Shown here piece after piece: positions 1 through 12,865 of a stretch of DNA of 64,000 bases. Below the pieces are notes generated by a model. It was given only the letters and a program-made list of their open reading frames with translations, had not been told where the DNA came from and made no database searches. The stretch lies in the NCBI RefSeq assembly GCF_030144855.1, contig NC_082730.1, positions 15,686,001-15,750,000 on the forward strand, written 5' to 3'. Origin of the DNA: Hypanus sabinus. Taxonomy: Eukaryota. The stretch's first letter is position 1; each line of letters starts with the position of its first letter. Both the position numbers and the translations under genes were made by a program.

Positions 1-854
1 TTCTTAAATAGACTTTCTAAACCAGTAAGGAGGACTGTGAGTACAGTGATCATCTGTGTGTTATTATCAGATGAGGAAATGGGATTGATCACTGGAAAAT
101 AAAGCCCCTGCAGCCTCCAAATGATCAGCTGATGGAATACATCTCGTTGGCTGAAAATTATGATAACATGATGTATTTCCTGTCTTTTCTCTTTCTCTAC
201 AACAAACCAGACAATTACATTCAGTGTAGTCACTGTTTATTGCAAAGTTCTGCAAAAAAAGGATTAAATTCTTTTCCAAAGAGAAATTCTTTCAATGATC
301 AATACCTGAGATATTGGCAGAAAAGTGCTGGGAATGCTCAGCATGTCAGATGGCAGCTGTGGAGAGAGGAACAGCTGATTCTTCAAGGCAATGATGGCAA
401 ATGGAAAATGTGAACGATAACAAATCTTGAGGTGCACAGGTAGTATAGAAGGAAGCACAAAAGAGAGGGTTTCTGATAGACTACAAGGCACGTCAGAAGA
501 GATGACGGGTGAGGCAAAAGATGGGTGGTAATAGGATTAATGAAGATTTAAAGATGGGCGGGCTTTGAAATGTGATATCTGCATCGATGACATTTCATTG
601 AGGATGGGATATTCGGATTCTGTATGAGCTGGTGAGAAAACAGATAAATTGTTGACCTCATTGTTGAATTTGCAAAGAGGTTTTATGGCCAGTTGGAAAA
701 TGAGATGCTTTTTTTTTATTTTGGGCAGTTTGTTCCTTCTTCCTGAGGGACAATCTGCTACAGAGCTCTGGAGAGATCAATGAGATGTTCATGGGACTAT
801 GTGAGTATTGTCAGGTAATCTGCTCCATCATATAGTGAAGGAGAAATATTCTCT

Positions 855-856
<2 letters not shown>

Positions 857-887
<31 letters not shown>
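857..887. repeat. (CA)n microsatellite
   Basis: Uninterrupted acacac run of about 30 nt. Confidence 0.95.
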
Positions 888-891
<4 letters not shown>

Positions 892-1135
892 ATGTTGGAA
901 ATGCTCAGTAAATCAGACAGAATTTGTAGCGAAAAAAAGAAAATTTAAATTTCAGATCTGAAATCCTTATTACAATATCCAAAGATAGTAGAGCAGGTGG
1001 AAGGTGAAAGAATATGATCCTTTCTGGAGACACAGTCAGCAGCAGGAGCAGAGCACAGTGACAAGGTTTCTCACAGGTCAGCGAGACTTGTTTAAAAGGA
1101 GAGCTTCGCGGGCATTTGGACGGGAGCAGAACACA

Positions 1136-2136
1136 GTGACTAGTGGTGTTCCGCAAGAGTCAGTGTTATTACTGCTTATTTTAAGCTGTATACCAATGAT
1201 TTAGATGAATGAATAGATGGCTTTGTTGCCTAGTTTGCAGATAATACAATGATTGGAGGGGCAGGTAATGTTGAGGAAACAGATAGGCTGCAGAAGAATT
1301 TAGACAGATGAGGAGATTAGGCAAGAAAGTGGCAAATGAAATACCGTGTTGTAAAATGCATGGTCATGCATTCGAGTAGTATAAATAAATGTAAAGACTG
1401 TTTTCCAAATGGGGTGAACATCTAAAACTCTGAGATGCAAAAGGACTTGGGAGTCCTTGTGCAGAACAACCTAAAGGTTAACTTACAGGTTGAGTCAGTG
1501 GTGAGGAAGGCAAATGCAAAGTCAGCATTCATTTTCAGAGGTCGAAAATACAAGAGCAGAAATGTGATACTGAAGCTCTGTAAAGAACTGCTGAGGCCTC
1601 AACTAGAGTATTCTGAACAGTTTTTGGCTCCTTAGCTAAGAAAAGATGCGCAGGCATTGGAGAGGATCCAGAGAAGGTTCACAAGGATGATTCCAGGAAT
1701 GGAAGGGTTACCATACGAGGAATGTTCAATGGCTCTGGGTCTGTACTCATTGGAAATTAGAAGGATGAGTAGGGATCTTATTAAACCCTTCGAACGTTGA
1801 AAGGCCTAGAAGACAGAGTATATGTCTCCCATGGTGGACAAGAAGGCCCAGCCTCAGAATAGAGTGGCGCCCATTTAAAATAGAGATGCGGAGAATTTTC
1901 TTTAGCCAGAATGTGGTGAATTTGTGGAATTTGGTACCACACGCATCTGTGGAGGTCAAGTCATTGAGTGTATTTAAGGCAGTGATGGAAGAGTTCTTGA
2001 TTGGACACAGCATCAAAGATTACGGGAGAAGGCTGGGGAATGGGGTTGAGGAAGGAGAAAAGGATCAGCCATGAATGAATAGCGGTGCAGACTTGATGGG
2101 CCAAATGGCCTAATTCTGCTCCTATATCTTATGGTC
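1136..2136 (+). mobile_element. CR1-type LINE, 5'-truncated, decayed RT C-terminus and 3' UTR
   Basis: Translates with lesions to VTSGVPQESV...NDLD...FADNT...DLGVLVQ...RPQLEY; ends in typical tail ggcctaattctgctcctatatcttatggtc. Confidence 0.85.
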
Positions 2137-2235
2137 ATTCTGAACATTGTGCAGTAACCAAAACAGAGGTTTGCTCTGTGTGGAGAATAATTATTGTGTT
2201 GCAGCCTGGGTTCCTAAGGTTCTGAGATTCAGTAT

Positions 2236-2552
2236 GGGGGCCATGGTAACATAATGGTTCACACAAAGCTATTACAGCTCGGGGCGTTCTGGAGTTTGCA
2301 GTTCAAATCCAGCGTTCTTCTGAAAGGAGTCTCTGAATGTCCTCCCTGTGGGATGCTGGATACACTCCGGGTCCTCCAGTTTCATCCCAGTCCAAAGACG
2401 TACCAGGTAGGTTAATTGGTCAATGGAAATGTCCCGTGATTAGGTTCAGGTTAATCTGGTTTGTTGGGGGTTGCAGGAGTGGTGAAGCTCAAAGATTGCA
2501 AGGGCCAACCAACTCTGTGCTGTATCAATAAATAAACAAACAAACAAACAAA
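2236..2552 (+). mobile_element. tRNA-derived SINE with (AAAC)n tail
   Basis: A-box-like tggtaacataatgg, B-box-like gttcaaatcc, 3' aaataaacaaacaaacaaacaaataa. Confidence 0.6.
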
Positions 2553-2610
2553 TAAATGTTTATGTCCATAACACACATGGAATTGTGAGCAGTAATGTTG
2601 TATTTTCCAG

Positions 2611-2657
2611 AATCGAAGCCCAAAACATCTCACAGAAAAGGCAACAATGATACCCAG
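2611..2657 (+). CDS. Putative cytoplasmic exon of the upstream inhibitory Ig-family receptor
   Basis: tattttccag acceptor, gtatgg donor, 47 nt open (SKPKTSHRKGNNDTQ); ends phase 0, matching the phase-0 start of the ITIM exon at 4291. Confidence 0.55.
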
Positions 2658-4290
2658 GTATGGATATGAATGCTTCAGAATGTTTAAAATTTGGATTACA
2701 TGGGAGTTTACATATCATTAATTCTCCTTAGTACAGTCCAGTGTTAAGATTTTACACAAATATCCGAACACTCCTCTTATTGAATCCCATCAGCATATCC
2801 TTCCAGCTATTGGTCCCTTGCTGTCGTGCTCATCCAGCTTTTCCTTCAGTCTATCCGTAATATTTTACGTGACTAATCTTCAAAGGGTTTCAGTCTTTAT
2901 TACGTTACTGAAAGGTGAAAAGTGAGACTGGTCCTTTCTCTACCTTTAGAGATGGAACACCTAATTGTGTAAATCTGTCTTTGGGTTCAATGACTTTACA
3001 GTTTACATTTTGTATATTCCCTTTGAGTCTCAAAGTCTGATGTGAAATCAGAAAAAAAAAGGGCAGGTCTATTCAGAATAATAAATTGGGGGTGACACAG
3101 TAGGGTAGCCATTAGTGTAATACTATTACAGTGCCAGTGACCTGGGTTCAGTTCCTCTCCTGTCTGGAAGGAGCTTCTATGTTCTCCCTGTGCTGACCTC
3201 ACCCATCCACTTTCTCACTCTACCCCTCAATCCTGACACCAGTATGAATATTCAATTGTCTCTTCAGTCTGTTATCAACAATATTATTTGTGATATTTTC
3301 CACAGTTTTCAGCTTGCTTGTTAATATTATATTCTGATTAAAATATCCCAATTGATTTATCTTTTTCCTAATTGAAGAATTAGGTTCAATCTTATTAAAG
3401 AGTTTCAATTGTTTTCTCAATTTCATCAGTTGCTTTTTACTTTCCCAAAAGTAACTGCAAGGTGGAGACTGTCGGCAACACTTTCCCTCAAAGAGCTGTA
3501 CCCTCAGAGAACTGTATCTTCCTCTTGTGCATCCTCCAGTCTCTGAATCCCACCACCAATGTCAGTAGCTTCCACTGCCCAAATCCCACAACCTAGGCGA
3601 ATCCCACAAATCCATGAACTCCTGCAATTCTCTCCTCTTAACTTTTGTTCATTAGGGATACAGCAGAGAAACAGGTCCTTCTGGTCCACGAGCTACCCAA
3701 TTACACCCATGAGATCAATTTACCTGCTATGATAAACCATTTTGTCTGTAAACCATTGGGCTTTGTAATTTTCCCAAATTCACAACCTCTTCTCTCACTG
3801 AGCCAGTGTGAACCACCTAGGACTAGTTTAGAGTGTTGGTGTTGTAAATCGACATGCTGTTGCTCTACATTTAGTAGCAGGTCATCAGTAAGGATCACAG
3901 CCACTGAGTCATAAGATGTTATCAATCGGTATGGAAAATTGAAGGATTGAAAGGATCAGGGATTATTTAAAGTGAGAAAACTAAGGGTTATCTGGTAGAT
4001 GTTTGCAAGACTATCCAGTTGTTTTATAGGATAGTGAAGGTGTTTACACTTACAGATGAGAATAGAACCCGAGCTATAAACATAAGATAGGTAATTGTAA
4101 AAGTCCAGGAACTTAAGACTATAAAATCATAAAGTATCGGAGCAGAATTAAGCCATTTTGCCCATTATACTGCTCTGTCCCTCTACCATTTCATTCCATG
4201 TTCCTGCCTCCTTCCTTCAACCTTTCACACCTTCACCTTTCACACTCATCATGCATACAATAGATCTTGGAATTTAATTTTTTATTTCAG

Positions 4291-4566
4291 GAAATGTCCA
4301 TATTGGAAGAAAATGTCATTTACGCAGATGTATGCCATGGTTAAAACAACAAGGCTGCTGCCCAGTCAGCTAACAATGAAAATGAAATTGTGTATGCAAA
4401 TATGAAACGTAAAAGAAAATCGAGAGCTGTACACTCTGTTACTGCTGAGGAGACCATCATCTATGCAGATATCAACTTTCAAAGTCAACCTGCAAAGCCC
4501 AGACAGAATCCTTTCTCTCCCAGTACTGCACAGGACTCTTCAGTGGCAACTTATGTTACTTATTAG
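4291..4566 (+). CDS. Terminal exon of an inhibitory receptor with three ITIM-like motifs; one in-frame TAA at 4342-4344
   Basis: ttttttatttcag acceptor; EMSILEENVIYADVCHG*NNKAAAQSANNENEIVYANMKRKRKSRAVHSVTAEETIIYADINFQSQ...ATYVTY*; motifs VIYADV, IVYANM, IIYADI all in one frame. Confidence 0.8.
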
Positions 4567-4624
4567 GAAAATTGCTTACTGAAGTCTGTGCTGTTTATTT
4601 CCCCATCTTTGTCTTGCTGGTGTA

Positions 4625-4830
4625 TTACATATTAGGTACCTCCTGTACCTAATAAAAAGGTCAGTGAATGTATGTTTGTGGGCTCCTACCACTGTAGCCC
4701 ATTCTCTTCAAGGTTCAGCGTGTTGTGCATTGAATGATGTTTTTCTGCACACCACTGTTGTAATGCATGCTTAATTGAGTTACTGTCACCTTCCTGTCAG
4801 CTTGACCCAGTCTGGCCATTCTCCTCTAAT
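4625..4830. mobile_element. Fragment of an abundant non-autonomous Tc1-like MITE
   Basis: attaggtacctcctgtacctaataaa end motif; overlapping part resembles the MITE arm at 10660-10812. Confidence 0.55.
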
Positions 4831-5016
4831 GGATTTGTCTATTTTCTGATCTTTTGGCTTCTTCTGGGAGTCAAGAATGACAAGCAGTCTTAATTCTAAA
4901 TATCACTAATTTTAAAGTACAAATAAACATACAAATACTCAGCAAACTAAATAAAGAGCTGAGAAACAATGCAAAGAGGTAAATGAATGGCAAAGAACAC
5001 AAATATATCTGATAAC

Positions 5017-5200
5017 TTGGCCTCCACAACTGCCTGTGGCAGTGAATTCCACAGATTCAGCACCATCTGGCTAGAGGAATTCTTCCTCATCTCTGATCTA
5101 AAGGAATGTCCTTGTATTCTGCAGCTGTGCCCTTTGGTCTTAGGGTCCCCTACTATAGGAAATATCCTTTCCACATCCACTCTATCACAGCCTTTCAATA
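5017..5200 (-). mobile_element. CR1 LINE 3' fragment
   Basis: Minus ORF MKGCDRVDVERIFPIVGDPKTKGHS...VLNLWNSLPQAVVEA. Confidence 0.8.
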
Positions 5201-7138
5201 TTCAATAGGTCCCAAAGTACAAACGTTCAAAGTTCAAAGTACATTTATTACCAAAGTGCATATACATTGTGCATACAACCATGAGGTTCTTCTCCTTACA
5301 GGCAGCCACAAAACAAAGATGCCCAAAAGAACCCTTAAATAAAAGACCAATAAACACATGCAATGTGCAGAGAGAGAGAAATAAAGAAATGGTGCAAACA
5401 ATAAAAGTAAGCAACTAGCATTTAGAATGAAGCCCGGAGCAGGCCACAGCCTCAACCTCATTACAGCGCATAGCAGTTTTAACACTATGGAGCACACAGA
5501 CATGCAGCCTAGAACTGCCAGGACAGACTACAGCCTCACCCTCAGTGCAGCATATAGCGGAGTAAGCATGAAGGATCAGCAAACAGAACCAGCCGGCACA
5601 CACCTCTGGTCCTGATACTCTGCCTTTTCAATCCATCTGGCCCTGTGTTTAAATTGTCTGAATATTGGGTCATTCCTCACTCGCTGCATCGATATGCTTT
5701 GGACCTGACCCCGCCAATCATGTTTCAGCTCATATCTGACTGTTCCAAATTGGCCCAGCACTTAGATCAATTAAACCTCGCTCTCGGTGGATGGGCCTCA
5801 AATCCGTCCCTCCTCCATTCTGATTTTGCTTTGCTCCACTAGAATTGACATTGCCTTGAAGGTGCCTCAATCTCACCCCAACTTTGCCTCTCCACCACAC
5901 ACTTTAATCCTCGACTCAGCCTCACTTTCATTCACCTCCTCATCGTTTCAGTGCTCATTTACCAGAAATATTTACCGCAAAAGTGTTATTAATGAAGTAT
6001 TTTGTTCCTTTCTTTGTTTCATTAACAGCAGGAGATTAGTATCTTGCCTTCAGCAGTGCCCCCTTACACCAAAACTTCCCCATCCATCTAAACTCCAGTG
6101 ATTACAGGCCCAGAGCCATCAAACTCTCCTCTGGGCTGGACTAGGGGTGGTGGAACTTCCTACTCACACTCACAATAACACTCAATGTGGGCTGTTTACA
6201 TTTCCATCATTAACTCCTCACCATGAACACTTCCCCAAAGACTCAGTGTTCCTAACATTTTAAATCAAGTAGAAATAAACCTTCTGGATGAACTTCGGGA
6301 GTCCATGATCAACATTTCAGATTAATCCCCTGCTTCAGGACAACTCCAGCCTTTTATTTCTGCTTCAGCTTAGAACATCTGTTGTTGCTTGTGTGATGAG
6401 ATCCTAAGGTTTACTCATCATGGACTGTGCCTTTAAAAAGAGAGAGAGTGGGTGTACACTGATTCAGAAAGGAAGAGAGAGCACCGAACAGCTCGTGTGT
6501 TGCCATGGTTATGGAAGGGCGGAGCTATATAACGGACAGCTGGCATTCAGCATGTTTGGGATATATACAAGGTCAGCTGGCTTTTCAGACAGACACACAA
6601 GACACACAAAAGAAATATACACTGGATGAGCTCTGAATGCCCACAAAAGGGTGGGGTTTGCTCGCAGTGTGGAAAGGAGGTAACCGGTGGAAGGCTATCG
6701 GTGTGTTTAACCCTTGGGTTGATAGCTTTACTGAATGAAGATGGTGCCCTTTTGTGTGATCACAGTCAATGACTTTAACAGGACCTCGGAAGACAACGTG
6801 GGAAGAATCGATGGCATCGGCTTACTGGGAAAACAAATCAGCTCTCTCTCTCTCTCTCCTCAAGTCTATTCAACTGAATATCATGAACTGAACTGACTTC
6901 ATTCTTATACAATCGTAAGACTGTATCAATTACCACCTAAGCTTGAAGAAGTTTGGGGTTTTATATTTATACATTTCTATATGCATAAACTCTGCTAACC
7001 TGTTTGATTTATCTGGTTTTATATTACTGATTTACATAGCTAATAATAAACAGTGTTTTTATTTATATTAAAACCAGACTCCAAGTGTGTTCAAACTCTG
7101 CTGGTTCTTTTAACCTGTTACGGGGTACACAACAAAAT

Positions 7139-7156
7139 TGGGGGCTCGTCCGGGAT
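7139..7156 (+). promoter_or_regulatory. Primer binding site complementary to the tRNA-Pro 3' end
   Basis: TGGGGGCTCGTCCGGGAT, the canonical 18-nt PBS-Pro, 4 nt after the LTR end. Confidence 0.92.
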
Positions 7157-8519
7157 ATGAATAAATTGTTGGAAGCCATTTGAAATTGTTGGGGGCTTAG
7201 TTGAGTGATTAACAGTTGATTTGATTGGGGAAAATCCCTTTAAATTTGCTTGAACAGAAAATTAGCAGCAATGGAGATTAAGGTTGGTAAGTGTCTGGTG
7301 GGACAATCCCCTGAAGCATTGGATGATGCTAAGAGGGATGTGCTGTTGGGAATTGCTCATAAGTTAAAACTTAAGGTGACCACTAGAATGAGGAAGGTGT
7401 AATTCAGGCATTAATAGCGGAGCATTATATATCCAAGGGAGCACTTGAAGAGGATGTGTGGGAAATGTTTGTCGAAAGTAAACCTACTAAGGCTGAGGTT
7501 CAGCTTCGGATAGGAAAATTAAAGAGGGAGGATGAGAAAGAGGCTGAGACCCTTTCAGAGTCTGCTAGGTTAGCAGACAAGTATGGCCTTAACCCATAAG
7601 GTTACGTATTTCCCAAGTAAAAGCTACCAAAAGAGTAACAGAGATAACAAGGATAACCCACAGGTTAAAGCAGAAAGTAAGTTGGGAACTAGTGTCAAAA
7701 GTAAGGAGGAAGGAAAGAAGTCAAAAGGAAAGTTTTACAGCTTTACATGTCACTTTGTTAAAGCCTGGTCATGTGGCGGCTAGTTGTTTTGCTCTGAAAA
7801 GAGAAAAAGGAAAAGAAAAGGAAACAATCCCAAATGCTTGTGTTCAGTCAGTTGAGACACCGCTAAGAAAGGAGGGGTCTGACCGAGCGTGAGAGGGATT
7901 TGAGCGGTTTATCTCAAATGGGTTTATGTCTATAAAGGAGGGGTCAACCCCGGTTCCAGTGAGAATCTGGCGAGATACTAGAGCTCTTCAGTCACTAATA
8001 TTGGACAGTGTTTTCGAATTCAGTGATGAGACAAAAACTGATATTTATCAAAGGTATTGTAAAGGGGACTGAGTCCACGCCTTTGCGTGAAGTAATTTTG
8101 AAATGCGAATTGGTATCATGACCTGTTAAGATACGGGTACAATTGGAATTACTGATAGACAATATTGACATATTGCTTGGTAACAAACTTGCAGGTGGGG
8201 ATGTTTATTCAGCAGTGTAGCTAACAAGCAAGCCTGTTGCTGACGACCCACACATGGATACTGATTCAGTAACCTGAAGCACTTCTAAAAGGTCTGCTGA
8301 TGCAGATAGCTCACGACACCAGGATTCTGAGGTCAGGGTTTCAAATCATGATGTTTTATCAGAGACTTTTCTACCTTCCATGTTTCAGTAGGGCTTGGGT
8401 AGTAAGGTGGATGAGAGAGGTTTGTCATTATCCAGGAATGAATTTATAGCAGAACATAACCAAGATCCAGAGATTGCTACATTAAAGGAGATAGCTCTCT
8501 CAAGGATGAGGTTCAGAGG

Positions 8520-9670
8520 GTGTCAGTAGGCTCTTATCTTAAGGATGGGGTGTTAATAAGGAAGTGGAGATCACCTACTGTGCCTGCAAGTGAGGTTTGG
8601 GCTATTGAGCACCAAGTTATGGTTCTGAAAGCTTACAGGGCTGAGATTTTAAACATGGCTCATAATATGCCTTTAGGTGGACATTTTGGAGTGAGCAAGA
8701 CAGTGCAAAGGATTACGAAGGAATTCTACTGGCCTAAATTAAGAAAAGATGTTGTGAGTTTTTGCAGGGCCTGTCACACTTGTCAAGTTGTGGGGAAACC
8801 TAATCAGGCCATTCCAGTGGCACCACTTAGGCTGATACCTGCTTTTGGTGAAACTTTTTCTAGGGTCATAGTGGATTGTGTTGGCCCATTGCCAAAGACT
8901 ACAGCTGGCCATCAGTATTTGTTAACAATTATGTGTGCTGTGTCTAGGTTCCTGAAGCGGTTCCTCCCTGAAATATTAAGGCTAAGACTGTGGTAGAAGC
9001 TCTCATCAAGTTTTTCACACTAGTTGGTCTGCCCAGAGAGACTCAATCTGACCAAGGTAGTAACTTTACTTTGAGAACATTCTAGCAGATAGTTGGTGAA
9101 TAGGGAGCTAAGTAAATTGTATTGTCTGCATATCACCCAGAGTCCCAGAGAGCCTTCGAAAGGTTCCACTATTAAGACCATGATTAAAACATATTGTGTG
9201 GAAAATAGAAAAGACTGGGGTGAAGGTGGGTATTTATTTTTGTTTACTGTCAGAGACTCGATTCAAGAATCATGAGGGTTTTTCCCATTTGAACTTGTTT
9301 TCAGTCACAGGGCCAGAAGACCCTTAACCTTACTCAGAGAACAGTGGTCTAATCAGGAGGTGTGTGCTCAATTATGTTTTGTAATTTAGAGATAGACTTA
9401 ACAAAGTTTGTGACCTTGCATAGCAGAATTTGCAGAACTCTCAGAGGAAAATGAAGGTCTGGTATGACAGAAAAGCTAGAGAAGAGATGTATCATGTTGA
9501 AGATAAGGTTCTGGTTCTGCTCCCCCTCTTGACTAACCCCCTTCAAGCAAAATTTTGTGGACCATACCAGATAATTAAGAAAATTGATTCTTTGAATTAT
9601 GTTGTGAGGACTCACGATCGAAGGAAGACTAGACAAGTGGTACACATAAACATGATAAAGCCTTATCATA
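8520..9670 (+). pseudogene. Gypsy integrase, frameshifted
   Basis: ORF pieces 8520-8996 and 9430-9876 carry the zinc-binding, catalytic and C-terminal integrase motifs. Confidence 0.85.
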
Positions 9671-9942
9671 ACTCAGAGACAGCATCTGTGAGTACTGTTG
9701 AGAAAACAAGTGAAGTCATAGAGGCTGGTAACGAGGTACCAGATCATTTTAACAGGCTCCAAATGGATTTTACTGTCAATGTTTTCATAAACAACAGAAT
9801 TCTTGAGCCTTTTACTTCACTCAACTTAGCTCATGGTCCACAAGCTGAATATGACCTGGACATGTTTTTACTGTAATTTTCAAAGTTACTTGTTTCCATT
9901 AAGTTGTTCCTTTCTCTTCAAATCTGAAAATGCCTCCCTAAG

Positions 9943-10261
9943 TTTCAGGTGCATTATGGGCAAAGGAGAAATTAAGAGGAGTTGTGGAAGAGTGATCACA
10001 ATCGATTGTTACTATGAAGCAAAGTACCACTTACACACAAAGCATTGGTGCCATAGATAGAATCAACAATGTTTAGTTTAAGTGGAAAAAAATGGGCAAC
10101 ATGGACGGAATGGACGAGTGTCAATCACAGATAACCCAGAACAAGGAATATTTAGTGTTACTATAAAGGATCTTCACTCTGAGATACAGGAAGGTACAGC
10201 TGTGGAATTACAACACCAGGTGCCGATCCAATGTTTAATGTACATTTACAATTATCTGATG
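9943..10261 (+). pseudogene. Receptor copy 1: CD300/pIgR-type Ig V exon
   Basis: Acceptor at 9941-42 (in-phase alternative 9947-48), gtaggt donor; VSGALWAKEKLRGVV/RVITIDCYYEAKYHLHTKHWCHR*NQQCLV*VEKNG...GRVSITDNPEQGIFSVTIKDLHS/DTGRYSCGITT...VHLQLSD; extra WC...C cysteine pair; 2 frameshifts and 2 stops. Confidence 0.88.
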
Positions 10262-10659
10262 GTAGGTTTCTCAGGGATTGACATTGCGCCTTTGATAAAA
10301 TAAATGACTCATCCATGTTTCCTCTGGGAAGAATCAGAGTGTTAGATGTCCTGAGGAGTGATGAAATGCTGGACCTGAGGTTAAGCTTTTTGAATGGGGA
10401 AATGCCCATCTCATGGATGTGTCTGAAGAACAGCAATTGCCTCATCCCCCTCAGTCTCAATACACAATACAAGACCTTTGTCTACTCTGGTCCCTGTCCA
10501 TCCCTCACTCTGTCTGCATTAATATCAGTGCCAAATCCTTCCCTCTCCACAACCAGGTCACTGAACCCAGTCACAATTTCATTTTCTCCTGAAAGTTATC
10601 AAGCACGTGACAAATATCTCACAGGATGCTGCATTTTGAGCACAAAAGCATGGCTTCTG

Positions 10660-10812
10660 AGTGTATGCTTATGGCCTTCTGCTGCTGCAACCCATTCACT
10701 TCAAGGTTTGATATGTTGTGCTTTCAGATGCTCTTCTGCACACCAATGTCATAACATGTGGTAATTTGAATTCCTGTCATCTTTCTGTCAGCTTCAACCA
10801 CTCCGGTCATTT
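10660..10812. mobile_element. Left part of a Tc1-like MITE split by later CR1 and L1 insertions (continues at 12866-12897 and 18584-18900)
   Basis: Homologous to 4690-4830; resumes ctgacctctctcattaacaagg after the CR1 and ends gtgtatctaataaagtggc near 18900. Confidence 0.65.
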
Positions 10813-12865
10813 GTAGAAACATAGAAAACCTACTGTATAGAAAACCCTTCGGCCCACGATGTTGTGCTATACATGTCCCTACCTTAGAAATTACTGATAG
10901 CCCTCTATTTTTCTAAGCTCCATGTACCTATCCAAAAGTCTCTTAAAAAACCCTATTGTATCCACCTCCACCACCATTGCCAGCAGCCTGTTCCATGCAC
11001 TCACCACTTATGGTGTAAAAAACTTACCCCTAACATCTCCTCTGTACCTACTCCCCAGCACCTTAAACCTGCGTCTTTTCGTGGCAACCATTCCAGTCCT
11101 GGGAAAAAGCCTCTGAATACCCATACAATCAAAGCCTCTCATCATCTTGTACACCTCTATCAGGTCACCTCTCATCCTCTGTCACTCCAAGGAGAAAAGG
11201 TAGGGTTCACTCAACCTGTCTTCATAAGGCATGTTCCCCAATCCAGGGAACATCCTTGTAAATCTCTGCAGCCTTTTATGGCTTCTACATCTTTCCTGTA
11301 GTGAGGCAACCAGAACTGAACACAGTACTCCAAGTGGAGTCTGACCAGGGTCCTATATAGCTGTGACATTACCTCTCGGCTCCTAAATTCAATTCCATGT
11401 TTACTGAAAGCCAATACACCATGTGTCTTCTTAACCATAGCGTCAACCTGCACAGTGGCTTTGACTTGGACCCCAAGATCCCTCTGATCCTCCACACTGC
11501 CAAGAGTCTTACCATTAATACTATATTCTGCCATCATATTTGACCTACCAAAATGAACCACTTCACAATTAACTAGGTTGAACTCCATCTGCCACTTCTC
11601 AGCCCAGTTTTGCATCCTATCAATGTCTTGCTGTAACCTCTGACAGCCCTCCACACTATCCACAATACCCCCAACCTTTGTGTCATCAGCAAACTTACTA
11701 ACCCATCCCTCCACTTCCTTATCCAGGTCATTTATAAAAATCATGAAGAGTAAGGGTCCCAGAACAGATCCCTGAGGCACACCATTGGTCACTGGCCTGT
11801 ATGAAGGTCTACAAGCACTCTTTGCCTTCTGTGGGCAAGCCTGTTCTGGATCCACAAAGCAATGTCCCCTTGGATCCCATGCCTTATTACTTTCTCAATA
11901 AGCCTTCCATGGGGTACCTTATCAAATGCCTTGCTGAAATCCATATACACTACATCTACTGCTCTACCTTCAATGTGTTTAGTCACATCCTCAAAAATTC
12001 AGTCAGTCTCGTAAGGCATGACCTGCCCTTGACAAAGCCATGCTGACTATTCCCAATCATATTATACCTCTCTAAATGTTCATAAATCCTGCCTTTCAGG
12101 ATCTTCTCCATCAACTTACCAACCACTGAAGAAAGACTCACTGGTCTATAATTTCCTGGACTATCTCTACCACTTTCTTGAATAAAGGTACAATATCTGC
12201 AACCCCCCAATCCTCCGGAACCTCACTCATCCCCATTGATGATTCAAAGATCATTGTCAGTAGCTCAGCAATCTCCCCCCTTGCCTCCCACAGTAGCCTG
12301 GGGTACATCTCATCCAGTTCCAGTGATTTATGCCAACTTGATGCTTCCAAAGGCTCCAGCTCATCCTCTTTCTTAATATCTGCATTCTCAAGCTTTTTAA
12401 TCCACTGCAAGTCATCACTAGGATCACCAAGATCCTTTTCCATAGTGAATACTTAAGTATTCATTAAGTACCTCTGCTATTTCCTCCGGTCCCATACTTT
12501 CTTTCCCACTGTCACACTTGATAGGTCCTATTCTTTCACGTCTTATCCTTTTGCTCTTCATATTCTTGTAGAATGCCTTGGAGTTTTCCTTAATCCTGCT
12601 CACCAAGGCCTTCTCATGTCCCCTTCTGGCTCTCCTATTTTCCTTTCTAGGCTCCTTCCTGGTAGCCTTATAATCTTCTAGATCTCTAATATTACCCAGA
12701 TCTCTGAATATTTTGTAAGCTTTTCTTTTCTTCTTGACTAGCCTTATTACAGCCTTTGTACGCCATGGTTCCTGTACCTTACCATAACTTCCCTGTCTCA
12801 TTGGAACATACCTATACAAAACTCTACACAAATATCCCCTGAACATTTGCCACATTTCTTCTGTA
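10813..12865 (-). mobile_element. CR1 LINE, about 2 kb, 5'-truncated
   Basis: RT motifs NYRPVSLSSVVGK, DVVYMDFSKAFDKVPH, GVPQGSVLGPLLF, SKFADDTK; 3' tail reads tagaaacatagaaa on +. Confidence 0.92.

Larger units (their letters stand above)
6390..9780 (+). mobile_element. Gmr1-type Ty3/Gypsy LTR retrotransposon, 3'-truncated (5' LTR, PBS, gag, PR, INT; no RT or 3' LTR seen)
   Basis: LTR of about 745 bp ending ...caaca at 7134; PBS; decayed gag with CX2CX4HX4C knuckle near 7740-7790; protease RDTRA near 7970; integrase HHCC (HNMPLGGHFG...CRACHTC), VDCVGPLP, QSDQGSNF, VHINMIKPY. 5' LTR start approximate. Confidence 0.85.

Noticed and set aside
1-300. Possible TM or juxtamembrane exon of the upstream ITIM gene
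   Set aside because: No convincing hydrophobic frame with matching splice sites; the exon probably lies upstream of the window.
10315-10764. 149-aa plus ORF after the V exon
   Set aside because: Intronic and MITE-derived sequence with no recognisable motif.
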